From: Escherichia coli
GTDB taxonomy: Bacteria > Pseudomonadota > Gammaproteobacteria > Enterobacterales > Enterobacteriaceae
Assembly (NCBI RefSeq): GCF_041886205.1
Contig: NZ_CP169029.1
Strand: one strand, 5' to 3'
Length of the DNA stretch: 64,000 bases
The position numbers and the translations under genes are program-made. The stretch's first letter is position 1. Every line of letters starts with the position of its first letter. This document shows, piece by piece, positions 1-8,166 of this stretch. The notes beneath the pieces were generated by a model, which saw only the letters and a program-made list of their open reading frames with translations, made no database searches and had not been told where the DNA came from.

Positions 1-106
1 TCCAGAGGGGCAGAATAACCACACCGGAGTGTGGTTATGGTTAATCCCCTTCATATTTCAAGCCACAGATGCGATGACTCGAATTATTTTGGGGATACAT
101 ACTTTA

Positions 107-349
107 TTACTGGGTACTGGTGGTTGTGGTTGTGGTGGTCCCGGTATTAGAACCATCACCGCCACCGGTTGCCGCGAGCGCGACACCCACCGCCGAGCTT
201 ACGGTGCTGACGCTGGTCGCGGAGGAACTCCCCGCCGAAACCGACGTTGCTGCCGACCCTGCCGCTTCGCCCACCTGTACAGGTGCAGCCCACGCAGAAG
301 TCGCCGCAAGCGCAGATATGGCAAAAATGCCATACAGAACTTTTTTCAT
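107..349 (-). CDS. yjbE: YjbE, small secreted Ser/Ala/Thr-rich protein (first gene of the yjbEFGH exopolysaccharide locus)
   Basis: 80-aa ORF with signal-peptide-like N-terminus ([21 protein letters not shown]) and low-complexity S/A/T-rich tail ending in a poly-Thr run; sits downstream of pgi as in E. coli (recalled synteny). Confidence 0.75.
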
Positions 350-730
350 AACAATTTCCCTTCATTGAATGAATGGAGATTTACCCAAAAACATTTCGGG
401 CGGGATCGAGTATACACAACTAAAGCATGCGAATTACGGCGCGGGGAATTAGCGATGGTGTTTTAGGATAATTGGAATGAATATCAAATATAAGTTTCAA
501 CTTATATTTAAATAACAATAAAAATCATAAACTTAAAATAAAAACAAAAGTAATTAATCTGCGTATTCTCCGAAATAAACAACGATTAAAAATCTATTTT
601 AGGATTAACCTCACGGTATGATTTCCGTTAAATCACAGACAAGGGGATTTATCTGATAAAACAATACCGACTTATTGTCGGCATTGTTTTTAAGGTTATT
701 TAACTCCTCATACTATGCATTAATGTCGAT

Positions 731-800
<70 letters not shown>

Positions 801-810
801 CGCATGATGA

Positions 811-2460
811 TTAACCGCGCCACGCTTTATAGCGGTTAATCAGACCATTGGTCGAGCTATCGTGGCTGCTGATTTCTTTATCATCTTTCAGCTCTGGCAG
901 AATACGGTTCGCCAGCTGTTTACCCAGTTCCACGCCCCACTGGTCGAAGGTGAAGATGTTCAGGATCACGCCCTGAGTAAAGATTTTGTGCTCATACAGC
1001 GCAATCAACGCACCCAGGCTGAACGGAGTGATTTCGCGCAGCAGGATAGAGTTGGTCGGGCGGTTACCTTCGAACACTTTGAACGGCACCACGTAGTCAA
1101 GCGTTGCCGGATCTTTACCCTGATCGCGATATTCCTGCTCAACCACTTCGCGGGATTTACCAAACGCCAGCGCTTCGGTCTGAGCAAAGAAGTTAGACAG
1201 CAGTTTCTGGTGATGATCAGAGAGCGGGTTATGGGTGATAGCCGGAGCGATGAAATCGCACGGTACCATTTTGGTTCCCTGGTGGATCAGCTGGTAGAAC
1301 GCGTGCTGACCGTTAGTGCCTGGTTCACCCCAGATAATCGGGCCAGTCTGGTAATCCACAACGTTACCGTTACGGTCAACATACTTACCGTTGGACTCCA
1401 TATTGCCCTGCTGGAAGTACGCCGCGAAACGGTGCATATACTGGTCATACGGCAGAATCGCTTCAGTTTCCGCACCAAAGAAATTGTTGTACCAGATGCC
1501 AATCAGCGCCAGCAGGACAGGCAGGTTTTTCTCGGCAGGCGTGGTGGAGAAATGCTTGTCCATCGCGTGTGCGCCAGAAAGCAGTTCAACGAAGTTATCA
1601 AAGCCGATGGAGAGAACAATCGACAGGCCAATCGCTGACCACAAAGAGCAACGGCCGCCAACCCAGTCCCAGAACTCGAACATGTTGGCAGTATCAATAC
1701 CAAACTCGCCAACGGCTTTGGCATTGGTGGAAAGCGCCGCAAAGTGTTTTGCAACGTGTTTTTCATCACCTGCCGCTTTCAGGAACCAGTCACGCGCGCT
1801 ATGGGCGTTGGTCATGGTTTCCTGAGTGGTGAAGGTTTTAGATGCTACCAGGAACAGCGTGGTTTCCGGGTTTACTTTTTTCAGCACTTCCGCGATGTGA
1901 GTCCCATCGACGTTAGAAACAAAGTGCATGTTCAGGTGGTTTTTGTACGGACGCAGAGCTTCGGTCACCATGTATGGGCCGAGGTCAGAACCGCCGATCC
2001 CGATGTTCACTACGTCAGTGATTGCTTTGCCGGTATAACCCTTCCACTCACCGGAAATAATCGCTTCTGAGAAGGTTTTCATCTTCTCCAGCACCGCGTT
2101 GACTTCCGGCATTACGTCTTTGCCATCAACCAGAATCGGGGTATTGCTACGGTTACGCAGCGCTACGTGCAGCACGGCACGGTTTTCAGTGCGGTTGATC
2201 TTCTCGCCAGAGAACATCGACTTAATCGCGCCCGCCAGATCGCACTCTTTCGCCAGATCTTGTAATTTCGCCAGCGTCTCTTCAGTGATGCGGTTTTTGG
2301 AGTAATCCACCAGCATCTGATCGTCGAATGTTGCGGAGAACTTAGAAAAACGATCGCCGTCTTTAGCAAAAAGATCGGCGATCGTAACGTCTTTCATTTC
2401 ATCGAAGTGTTTCTGTAGTGCCTGCCAGGCAGCGGTCTGCGTTGGATTGATGTTTTTCAT
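811..2460 (-). CDS. pgi: Glucose-6-phosphate isomerase
   Basis: 549-aa product starting [19 protein letters not shown]..., full-length recognisable Pgi; ATG at 2458-2460 (the ORF track extends 2 codons upstream to a TTG). Confidence 0.97.
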   Translation of the reverse strand: MKNINPTQTAAWQALQKHFDEMKDVTIADLFAKDGDRFSKFSATFDDQMLVDYSKNRITEETLAKLQDLAKECDLAGAIKSMFSGEKINRTENRAVLHVALRNRSNTPILVDGKDVMPEVNAVLEKMKTFSEAIISGEWKGYTGKAITDVVNIGIGGSDLGPYMVTEALRPYKNHLNMHFVSNVDGTHIAEVLKKVNPETTLFLVASKTFTTQETMTNAHSARDWFLKAAGDEKHVAKHFAALSTNAKAVGEFGIDTANMFEFWDWVGGRCSLWSAIGLSIVLSIGFDNFVELLSGAHAMDKHFSTTPAEKNLPVLLALIGIWYNNFFGAETEAILPYDQYMHRFAAYFQQGNMESNGKYVDRNGNVVDYQTGPIIWGEPGTNGQHAFYQLIHQGTKMVPCDFIAPAITHNPLSDHHQKLLSNFFAQTEALAFGKSREVVEQEYRDQGKDPATLDYVVPFKVFEGNRPTNSILLREITPFSLGALIALYEHKIFTQGVILNIFTFDQWGVELGKQLANRILPELKDDKEISSHDSSTNGLINRYKAWRG

Positions 2461-2643
2461 TAGCAATACTCTTCTGATTTTGAGAATTGTGACTTTGGAA
2501 GATTGTAGCGCCAGTCACAGAAAAATGTGATGGTTTTAGTGCCGTTAGCGTAATGTTGAGTGTAAACCCTTAGCGCAGTGAAGCATTTATTAGCTGAACT
2601 ACTGATCGCCAGGAGTGGATGAAAAATCCGCATGACCCCATCG

Positions 2644-2672
2644 TTGACAACCGCCCCGCTCACCCTTTATTT
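2644..2672 (+). promoter_or_regulatory. Candidate lysC sigma-70 promoter
   Basis: TTGACA at 2644-2649, 17-bp spacer, TTTATT/TATAAA -10 region at 2667-2677, about 310 bp upstream of the lysC ATG. Confidence 0.5.
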
Positions 2673-2699
2673 ATAAATGTACTACCTGCGCTAGCGCAG

Positions 2700-2984
2700 G
2701 CCAGAAGAGGCGCGTTGCCCAAGTAACGGTGTTGGAGGAGCCAGTCCTGTGATAACACCTGAGGGGGTGCATCGCCGAGGTGATTGAACGGCTGGCCACG
2801 TTCATCATCGGCTACAGGGGCTGAATCCCCTGGGTTGTCACCAGAAGCGTTCGCAGTCGGGCGTTTCGCAAGTGGTGGAGCACTTCTGGGTGAAAATAGT
2901 AGCGAAGTATCGCTCTGCGCCCACCCGTCTTCCGCTCTTCCCTTGTGCCAAGGCTGAAAATGGATCCCCTGACACGAGGTAGTT
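2700..2984 (+). promoter_or_regulatory. Lysine riboswitch (L-box) in the lysC 5' leader
   Basis: Long structured GC-rich leader starting AGAGGCGCGTTGCCCAAGTAACGGTGTTGGAGGAGCCAG... directly upstream of lysC; matches the known position and approximate sequence of the E. coli lysC L-box (recalled, not folded). Confidence 0.7.
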
Positions 2985-4334
2985 ATGTCTGAAATTGTTG
3001 TCTCCAAATTTGGCGGTACCAGCGTAGCTGATTTTGACGCCATGAACCGCAGCGCTGATATTGTGCTTTCTGATGCCAACGTGCGTTTAGTAGTCCTCTC
3101 GGCTTCTGCTGGTATCACTAATCTGCTGGTCGCTTTAGCGGAAGGGCTGGAACCTGGCGAGCGATTCGAAAAACTCGACGCAATCCGCAATATCCAGTTT
3201 GCCATTCTGGAACGTCTGCGTTACCCGAACGTTATCCGTGAAGAGATTGAACGTCTGCTGGAGAACATTACTGTTCTGGCAGAAGCGGCGGCGCTGGCAA
3301 CGTCTCCGGCGCTGACAGATGAGCTGGTCAGCCACGGCGAGCTGATGTCGACCCTGCTGTTTGTCGAAATCCTGCGCGAACGCGATGTTCAGGCACAGTG
3401 GTTTGATGTACGTAAAGTGATGCGTACCAACGACCGATTTGGTCGTGCAGAGCCAGATGTAGCCGCGCTGGCGGAACTGGCCGCGCTGCAGCTGCTCCCA
3501 CGCCTCAATGAAGGCTTAGTGATCACCCAGGGATTTATCGGTAGCGAAAATAAAGGTCGTACAACGACGCTTGGCCGTGGAGGCAGCGATTATACGGCAG
3601 CCTTGCTGGCGGAGGCTTTACACGCATCTCGTGTTGATATCTGGACCGACGTCCCGGGCATCTACACCACCGATCCACGCGTGGTTTCCGCAGCAAAACG
3701 CATTGATGAAATCGCGTTTGCCGAAGCGGCAGAGATGGCAACTTTTGGTGCAAAAGTACTGCATCCGGCAACGTTGCTACCCGCAGTACGCAGCGATATC
3801 CCGGTCTTTGTCGGCTCCAGCAAAGACCCACGCGCAGGTGGTACGCTGGTGTGCAATAAAACTGAAAATCCGCCGCTGTTCCGCGCGCTGGCGCTTCGTC
3901 GCAATCAGACTCTGCTCACTTTGCACAGCCTGAATATGCTGCATTCTCGCGGCTTCCTCGCGGAAGTTTTCGGCATCCTCGCGCGGCATAACATTTCGGT
4001 AGACTTAATCACCACGTCAGAAGTGAGCGTGGCATTAACCCTTGATACCACCGGTTCAACCTCCACTGGCGATACGTTGCTGACGCAATCTCTGCTGATG
4101 GAGCTTTCCGCACTGTGCCGGGTGGAGGTGGAAGAAGGTCTGGCGCTGGTCGCGTTGATTGGCAATGACCTGTCAAAAGCCTGCGGCGTTGGCAAAGAGG
4201 TATTCGGCGTACTGGAACCGTTCAACATTCGCATGATTTGTTATGGCGCATCCAGCCATAACCTGTGCTTCCTGGTGCCCGGCGAAGATGCCGAGCAGGT
4301 GGTGCAGAAGCTGCATTTTAATTTGTTTGAGTAA
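2985..4334 (+). CDS. lysC: Lysine-sensitive aspartokinase III
   Basis: 449-aa ORF MSEIVVSKFGGTSVADFDAMNRSADIVLSD..., ATG at 2985. Confidence 0.97.
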   Translation: MSEIVVSKFGGTSVADFDAMNRSADIVLSDANVRLVVLSASAGITNLLVALAEGLEPGERFEKLDAIRNIQFAILERLRYPNVIREEIERLLENITVLAEAAALATSPALTDELVSHGELMSTLLFVEILRERDVQAQWFDVRKVMRTNDRFGRAEPDVAALAELAALQLLPRLNEGLVITQGFIGSENKGRTTTLGRGGSDYTAALLAEALHASRVDIWTDVPGIYTTDPRVVSAAKRIDEIAFAEAAEMATFGAKVLHPATLLPAVRSDIPVFVGSSKDPRAGGTLVCNKTENPPLFRALALRRNQTLLTLHSLNMLHSRGFLAEVFGILARHNISVDLITTSEVSVALTLDTTGSTSTGDTLLTQSLLMELSALCRVEVEEGLALVALIGNDLSKACGVGKEVFGVLEPFNIRMICYGASSHNLCFLVPGEDAEQVVQKLHFNLFE

Positions 4335-4478
4335 TATTTCCCTACTGGCGTATAACGCTCACCAATTGTTATACGCCATCCTCACTGAAAATATAGATTA
4401 AATAATATCTGAAAAATAAAATCACTCCTGTAGAACAGTATTATAATCACCGAAAAATATTATTTAACAGGAGTGTTA

Positions 4479-5405
4479 ATGGCTACTTTAATGGAAAAAG
4501 ATGCACTTTTAAATGGCACCAGTCAGTGCATCGCGTTTTTATCAAATATCGTTGATAATTGCTCAGTTTCGTCACGTCAGGATTCAGGCGATGATCTCAC
4601 ACGATTAGTCAGCTATCGCGATTATCTTTACTCTACCCCCGCTGAACTTGTTGATTTTACACAGGGAAAGAGTCACCTTCAGCAGATTAGAACTCAATAT
4701 CAGCATGAATTCAACAATACTACGCATTCAGAAAATAAAGCATCTTTTGATTCTATTTGGCAGCGTCTGACAAATCATGAAGTCACACCGCAACAGCATC
4801 CCATTGGTTTTGTTTTAGGTGGGCAACCCGGAGCAGGTAAATCATCTCTGATTGAATTAGCCAAAAGAGAGACAAAAGATAATATAATGATTATTAACGG
4901 TGATGATTTTCGATTTCTACACCCTGATTTTAATTATATCTACCAAAATTATGGGGATGATTTTGTTACCCATACAGCGAAATTTTCCGGCGAAACGGTC
5001 GAACGTGCAATTGAGAGAGCGATAGTCAGTAAACTCAACATTGTTGTCGAAGGAACATTTCGTAATGCCGCTACGCCGTTACAAACATTAAAAAAACTCA
5101 AAGATGCAGGCTACCAAACAGAAGTCATGATAAAAACAACCTCAGCGGCATTAAGCTGGGAAAGCACCAATGAACGGTATAATAAGGACAAAGAGGCGGG
5201 AAATATTGCCCGAAAAGTGGATAAAAACCACCATGATATCGTCACCGGTTTGCTGGCAGAAAATGCCCGCAAGGTGTTTGCTTCGAACCTGTCAGATAAG
5301 TTTGCGGTGTATTCGCGTGAGAAGATGATATTTAGTTCACAAGCGGCAACGAATGACGATATTGCAACGCTTATACAGAATGAAATCAGCGGGAATACAC
5401 AATAA
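4479..5405 (+). CDS. Zeta-toxin-family P-loop kinase with ~100-aa N-terminal extension (EzeT-like single-chain toxin-antitoxin candidate)
   Basis: ATG at 4479 preceded by AGGAG (4468-4472); the ORF track starts 2 codons earlier at a GTG (4473). Walker A GGQPGAGKS at 4818-4844 and GDDFR at 4899-4913, as in zeta/PezT UNAG kinases; gene is visibly AT-rich compared with its neighbours. Confidence 0.8.
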   Translation: MATLMEKDALLNGTSQCIAFLSNIVDNCSVSSRQDSGDDLTRLVSYRDYLYSTPAELVDFTQGKSHLQQIRTQYQHEFNNTTHSENKASFDSIWQRLTNHEVTPQQHPIGFVLGGQPGAGKSSLIELAKRETKDNIMIINGDDFRFLHPDFNYIYQNYGDDFVTHTAKFSGETVERAIERAIVSKLNIVVEGTFRNAATPLQTLKKLKDAGYQTEVMIKTTSAALSWESTNERYNKDKEAGNIARKVDKNHHDIVTGLLAENARKVFASNLSDKFAVYSREKMIFSSQAATNDDIATLIQNEISGNTQ

Positions 5406-5440
5406 TAATAAGAGCTGATGGCGTGAAATAACGCCGGGCA

Positions 5441-6241
5441 TCACGCCCGGCGCATTACCGTCTGGTACATTAAGCTATCCAGTTCCTTAACGTCCCCTTC
5501 TCTGCTATCCGGTAACAGCGGTGGAATTTCCCCACGCGCCAGTTCCGCACGAATAAACGCATGTAACAATGGACGGCGCGGACCATATTCCGCTTCTCCT
5601 GCGCGCTGTTTACGTCCCAGTAATTCGTCTATTTCTGCACGTAACGGCGCATCAAGTTCACTTCCCGCCAGTAGCTCAGCAAAGCGCATTGGCGGCACGC
5701 CTTTTCCCGCTTCGACCCAGCGCACGGCCAGCAGCGGACGCAGCACGTAAAAGTATTTTTTCAGTCGAACTTCATCGCCCTGCAAATATCCGCGGAAGTT
5801 TTTCTGCGCCATCGAATAGTAATGCCAGCGCGCACGCAGCGGAGAAAACCACATTGGGACCATTGCCTTAAGCGCCGTTATCGTTTCTTCATCTTGTTGA
5901 TAGACCACCGGAGAATCCAGCCATTCTATCAGCGTCGGGTTCGCGCCTTTCAATAATCCCAGCGCCTTACGCCACTCCCAACCGGAAACATCTAACTCGT
6001 CGTCGATGGGCAGCTCGATAACATCGCGCGGCGGCTCCACCCGCAGATACCATTCCAGCGGGTGAACATACAAAAACCGTACATCGTAGTCGCTGTCGGG
6101 CGAGGCAAACCCCCAGCCGCGGCTCCCGGATTCACAGGCATACAGCACTTTCACGCCGTAGCGCCGTTCTATTTCTTTTAACTGCTGCGATACCCGTTCG
6201 CGCATCGCAGCACTGACTCCATTTAATGGCATGTTACTCAC
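5441..6241 (-). CDS. Pol-beta-superfamily nucleotidyltransferase-fold protein of unknown specificity
   Basis: 266-aa ORF from a GTG at 6241 that overlaps the upstream SPFH stop; alternative in-frame ATG at 6232. Contains GS-x10-DYDV (coding 6083-6127), the classic hG[GS]...DhDh NTase signature, plus downstream acidic residues (IELPIDDELD). Confidence 0.75.
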   Translation of the reverse strand: MSNMPLNGVSAAMRERVSQQLKEIERRYGVKVLYACESGSRGWGFASPDSDYDVRFLYVHPLEWYLRVEPPRDVIELPIDDELDVSGWEWRKALGLLKGANPTLIEWLDSPVVYQQDEETITALKAMVPMWFSPLRARWHYYSMAQKNFRGYLQGDEVRLKKYFYVLRPLLAVRWVEAGKGVPPMRFAELLAGSELDAPLRAEIDELLGRKQRAGEAEYGPRRPLLHAFIRAELARGEIPPLLPDSREGDVKELDSLMYQTVMRRA

Positions 6242-7365
6242 CCTTTGATATTAACCAACCCATGCAGAACCTGATCCAGACCGCCAAATACAGAGATGTT
6301 ATCGATCCGCTCAGCCACTCTCTCCAGCGTTTCTAGCTCTTTTAAACGCAACGCTACCGGATTGTTCTCCATGACTTTGGCGGTGTTCAGTAACGAGCGC
6401 GTCGCTGCCGTTTCTTCACGTCGGCGAATCACATTCGCCTGCGCAGATTTCTCCGCCTCAACCAGCTGCGCAAGGATATTTTTCATATCGCCAGGCAGGA
6501 CGATATCTTTCACCCCTAATGAAGCAATCTCCATACCAAATGGCAACATGCGCGATTTCACCTGTTCGCTGACAACGTCATCAATGACCTGTTTATCTTC
6601 CAGCAGTTCATCCAGCGTACGAGTACCTACCGCTTCACGCAGGGCAAATTGCAATTCCCGATACAAATGATCAATCGGCTTCGTTAACTGACTAAATGCT
6701 AATAACACGTCGCTGTAGCGCCAGTTAGCCGCGAGGTTAATCCGCAGATTGACCTTATCTTTCGTTAAGATTTCTTGCCCGCTGACTTCCAGTACCTGCA
6801 AGCGGGTGTCAACCACTTCAGTTTCAACCAGATGGTTAATTTTCCAGTACGCGGTAAGCCCCGGCGGTAACAGCGCCTGCGTTTCACCATCGATTTTCAG
6901 CACGCCTACATGCCAGGCCGGAACCTGCACCGTCAGTATCGCATCGCGGCCTTTAACAACTCCTTTGCGCCGTGGCTGTAATACCGCATTCATCACCTCC
7001 GTTTGTACCGGGACTTGCTGCGTATTCATCCGCACCAGCGTCAAATCATCCTCTACACGCCAGTACAAACGACGCGTTGATGGCAGCAGGATCTCCAGCA
7101 AAATACCGTCCATATACAACGCCCCGGCTTCAGTCTCCGACAAGTCTGCCACCAGGCAATATTTCTCCACCCAATCAGGCTGAAAGCGGCGCAAATAGTC
7201 CGCCAGCACGTCGGGAACTTCGCTACCATCCAGCGTAATCAGCAACACTTCCGGGGTATTAAACCAGGGTAAAAAATGCTCGCCTGCATGTAGCACTTTG
7301 TAGTAATCGCCGTTTCTGGAGAGTAATGCCAGCTGATCTTTTCTTACGCTTATTTTTTTAATCAT
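6238..7365 (-). CDS. SPFH/band-7 (stomatin/prohibitin-like) domain protein with no predicted membrane anchor and a ~135-aa N-terminal domain of unknown function
   Basis: 375-aa ORF, ATG at 7363-7365 with AGGAA 7 nt upstream; SPFH hallmarks (PPGLTAYWK...TKDKVNLRINLAANWRY...GMEIASLGVKDIVLPGDMK) and C-terminal coiled-coil-like AEKSAQANVIRRREE...; no hydrophobic stretch of TM length seen by eye. Confidence 0.8.
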   Translation of the reverse strand: MIKKISVRKDQLALLSRNGDYYKVLHAGEHFLPWFNTPEVLLITLDGSEVPDVLADYLRRFQPDWVEKYCLVADLSETEAGALYMDGILLEILLPSTRRLYWRVEDDLTLVRMNTQQVPVQTEVMNAVLQPRRKGVVKGRDAILTVQVPAWHVGVLKIDGETQALLPPGLTAYWKINHLVETEVVDTRLQVLEVSGQEILTKDKVNLRINLAANWRYSDVLLAFSQLTKPIDHLYRELQFALREAVGTRTLDELLEDKQVIDDVVSEQVKSRMLPFGMEIASLGVKDIVLPGDMKNILAQLVEAEKSAQANVIRRREETAATRSLLNTAKVMENNPVALRLKELETLERVAERIDNISVFGGLDQVLHGLVNIKG

Positions 7366-7893
7366 TATCTATTCCTTGCTTAACAGCCGTCGCGGAAGCA
7401 GACACGAAGCGACAGGGGAATTCCCTTTTGCCTGTTACCCGGCGTCTTTATCGGCGACGTTATCGGGGATCGCTGACTGCGCAATCCCTCATTTTTTATT
7501 TAATAAGTTACAACCAGTATTCATTTCAGGAATGAATGTGGGAATCGAACCCATAATTGGCGTCAAAGGCTGACGGAACACGCCCGGAAAACAGCCTGAC
7601 CGTTCCTGGTGTGCCGACGGGGTTTAACCCCCTTTGAAATTCAGTTTCAACGCATAGGAGTTATTGCGAGAATCGTGCCAGAAGTAAAAAAAACACCTAA
7701 TCAAATGAAAAATAAAGATTTAATAAATTATTGTTTTTTATTGGGGGAAAACTTTTCGCTAAATTTGTATCTGTATTTATCATCAATTATCAAGAAAGAT
7801 AAATATTTCAGAAGAGAATAAAGGAATATTATCAGTTCTGCTTGCAAATGAATTCCCGTACACTGAATCCATCGGCTCACTGAGGGCACCATC

Positions 7894-8166
7894 ATGGCAC
7901 TCCCCCGTATTACCCAAAAAGAGATGACTGAACGCGAGCAGCGTGAACTTAAAACACTGCTGGATCGGGCGCGGATTGCGCATGGTCGCGTACTGACCAA
8001 CTCCGAAACCAACAGCATTAAGAAAGAGTACATCGATAAATTAATGGTTGAGCGTGAGGCTGAAGCAAAAAAAGCCCGCCAATTGAAGAAAAAGCAGGCT
8101 TATAAACCGGATCCTGAAGCGTCATTTAGCTGGTCAGCAAATACGTCGACGCGCGGCAGGCGCTGA
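7894..8166 (+). CDS. yjbD: YjbD (DUF3811 family small protein)
   Basis: 90-aa ORF MALPRITQKEMTEREQRELK..., convergent and abutting rluF as in E. coli. Confidence 0.85.
   Translation: MALPRITQKEMTEREQRELKTLLDRARIAHGRVLTNSETNSIKKEYIDKLMVEREAEAKKARQLKKKQAYKPDPEASFSWSANTSTRGRR

Noticed and set aside
29-466. Plus-strand ORFs (145 and 82 aa) overlapping yjbE
   Set aside because: Low-complexity translations (poly-Val, poly-Pro/Ala) generated by the repetitive yjbE coding sequence read in the wrong strand or frame.
7539-7553. Possible tRNA gene suggested by a T-arm-like GGGTTCGATTCCC motif (minus strand)
   Set aside because: No acceptor stem, D-arm or anticodon arm can be built around it and there is no CCA end; kept only as a possible island-boundary remnant in the findings.
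7609-8033. Small ORFs (70, 101 and 66 aa) in the AT-rich region upstream of yjbD
   Set aside because: AT-rich low-complexity translations without convincing ribosome-binding sites; two of them overlap yjbD on the opposite strand.
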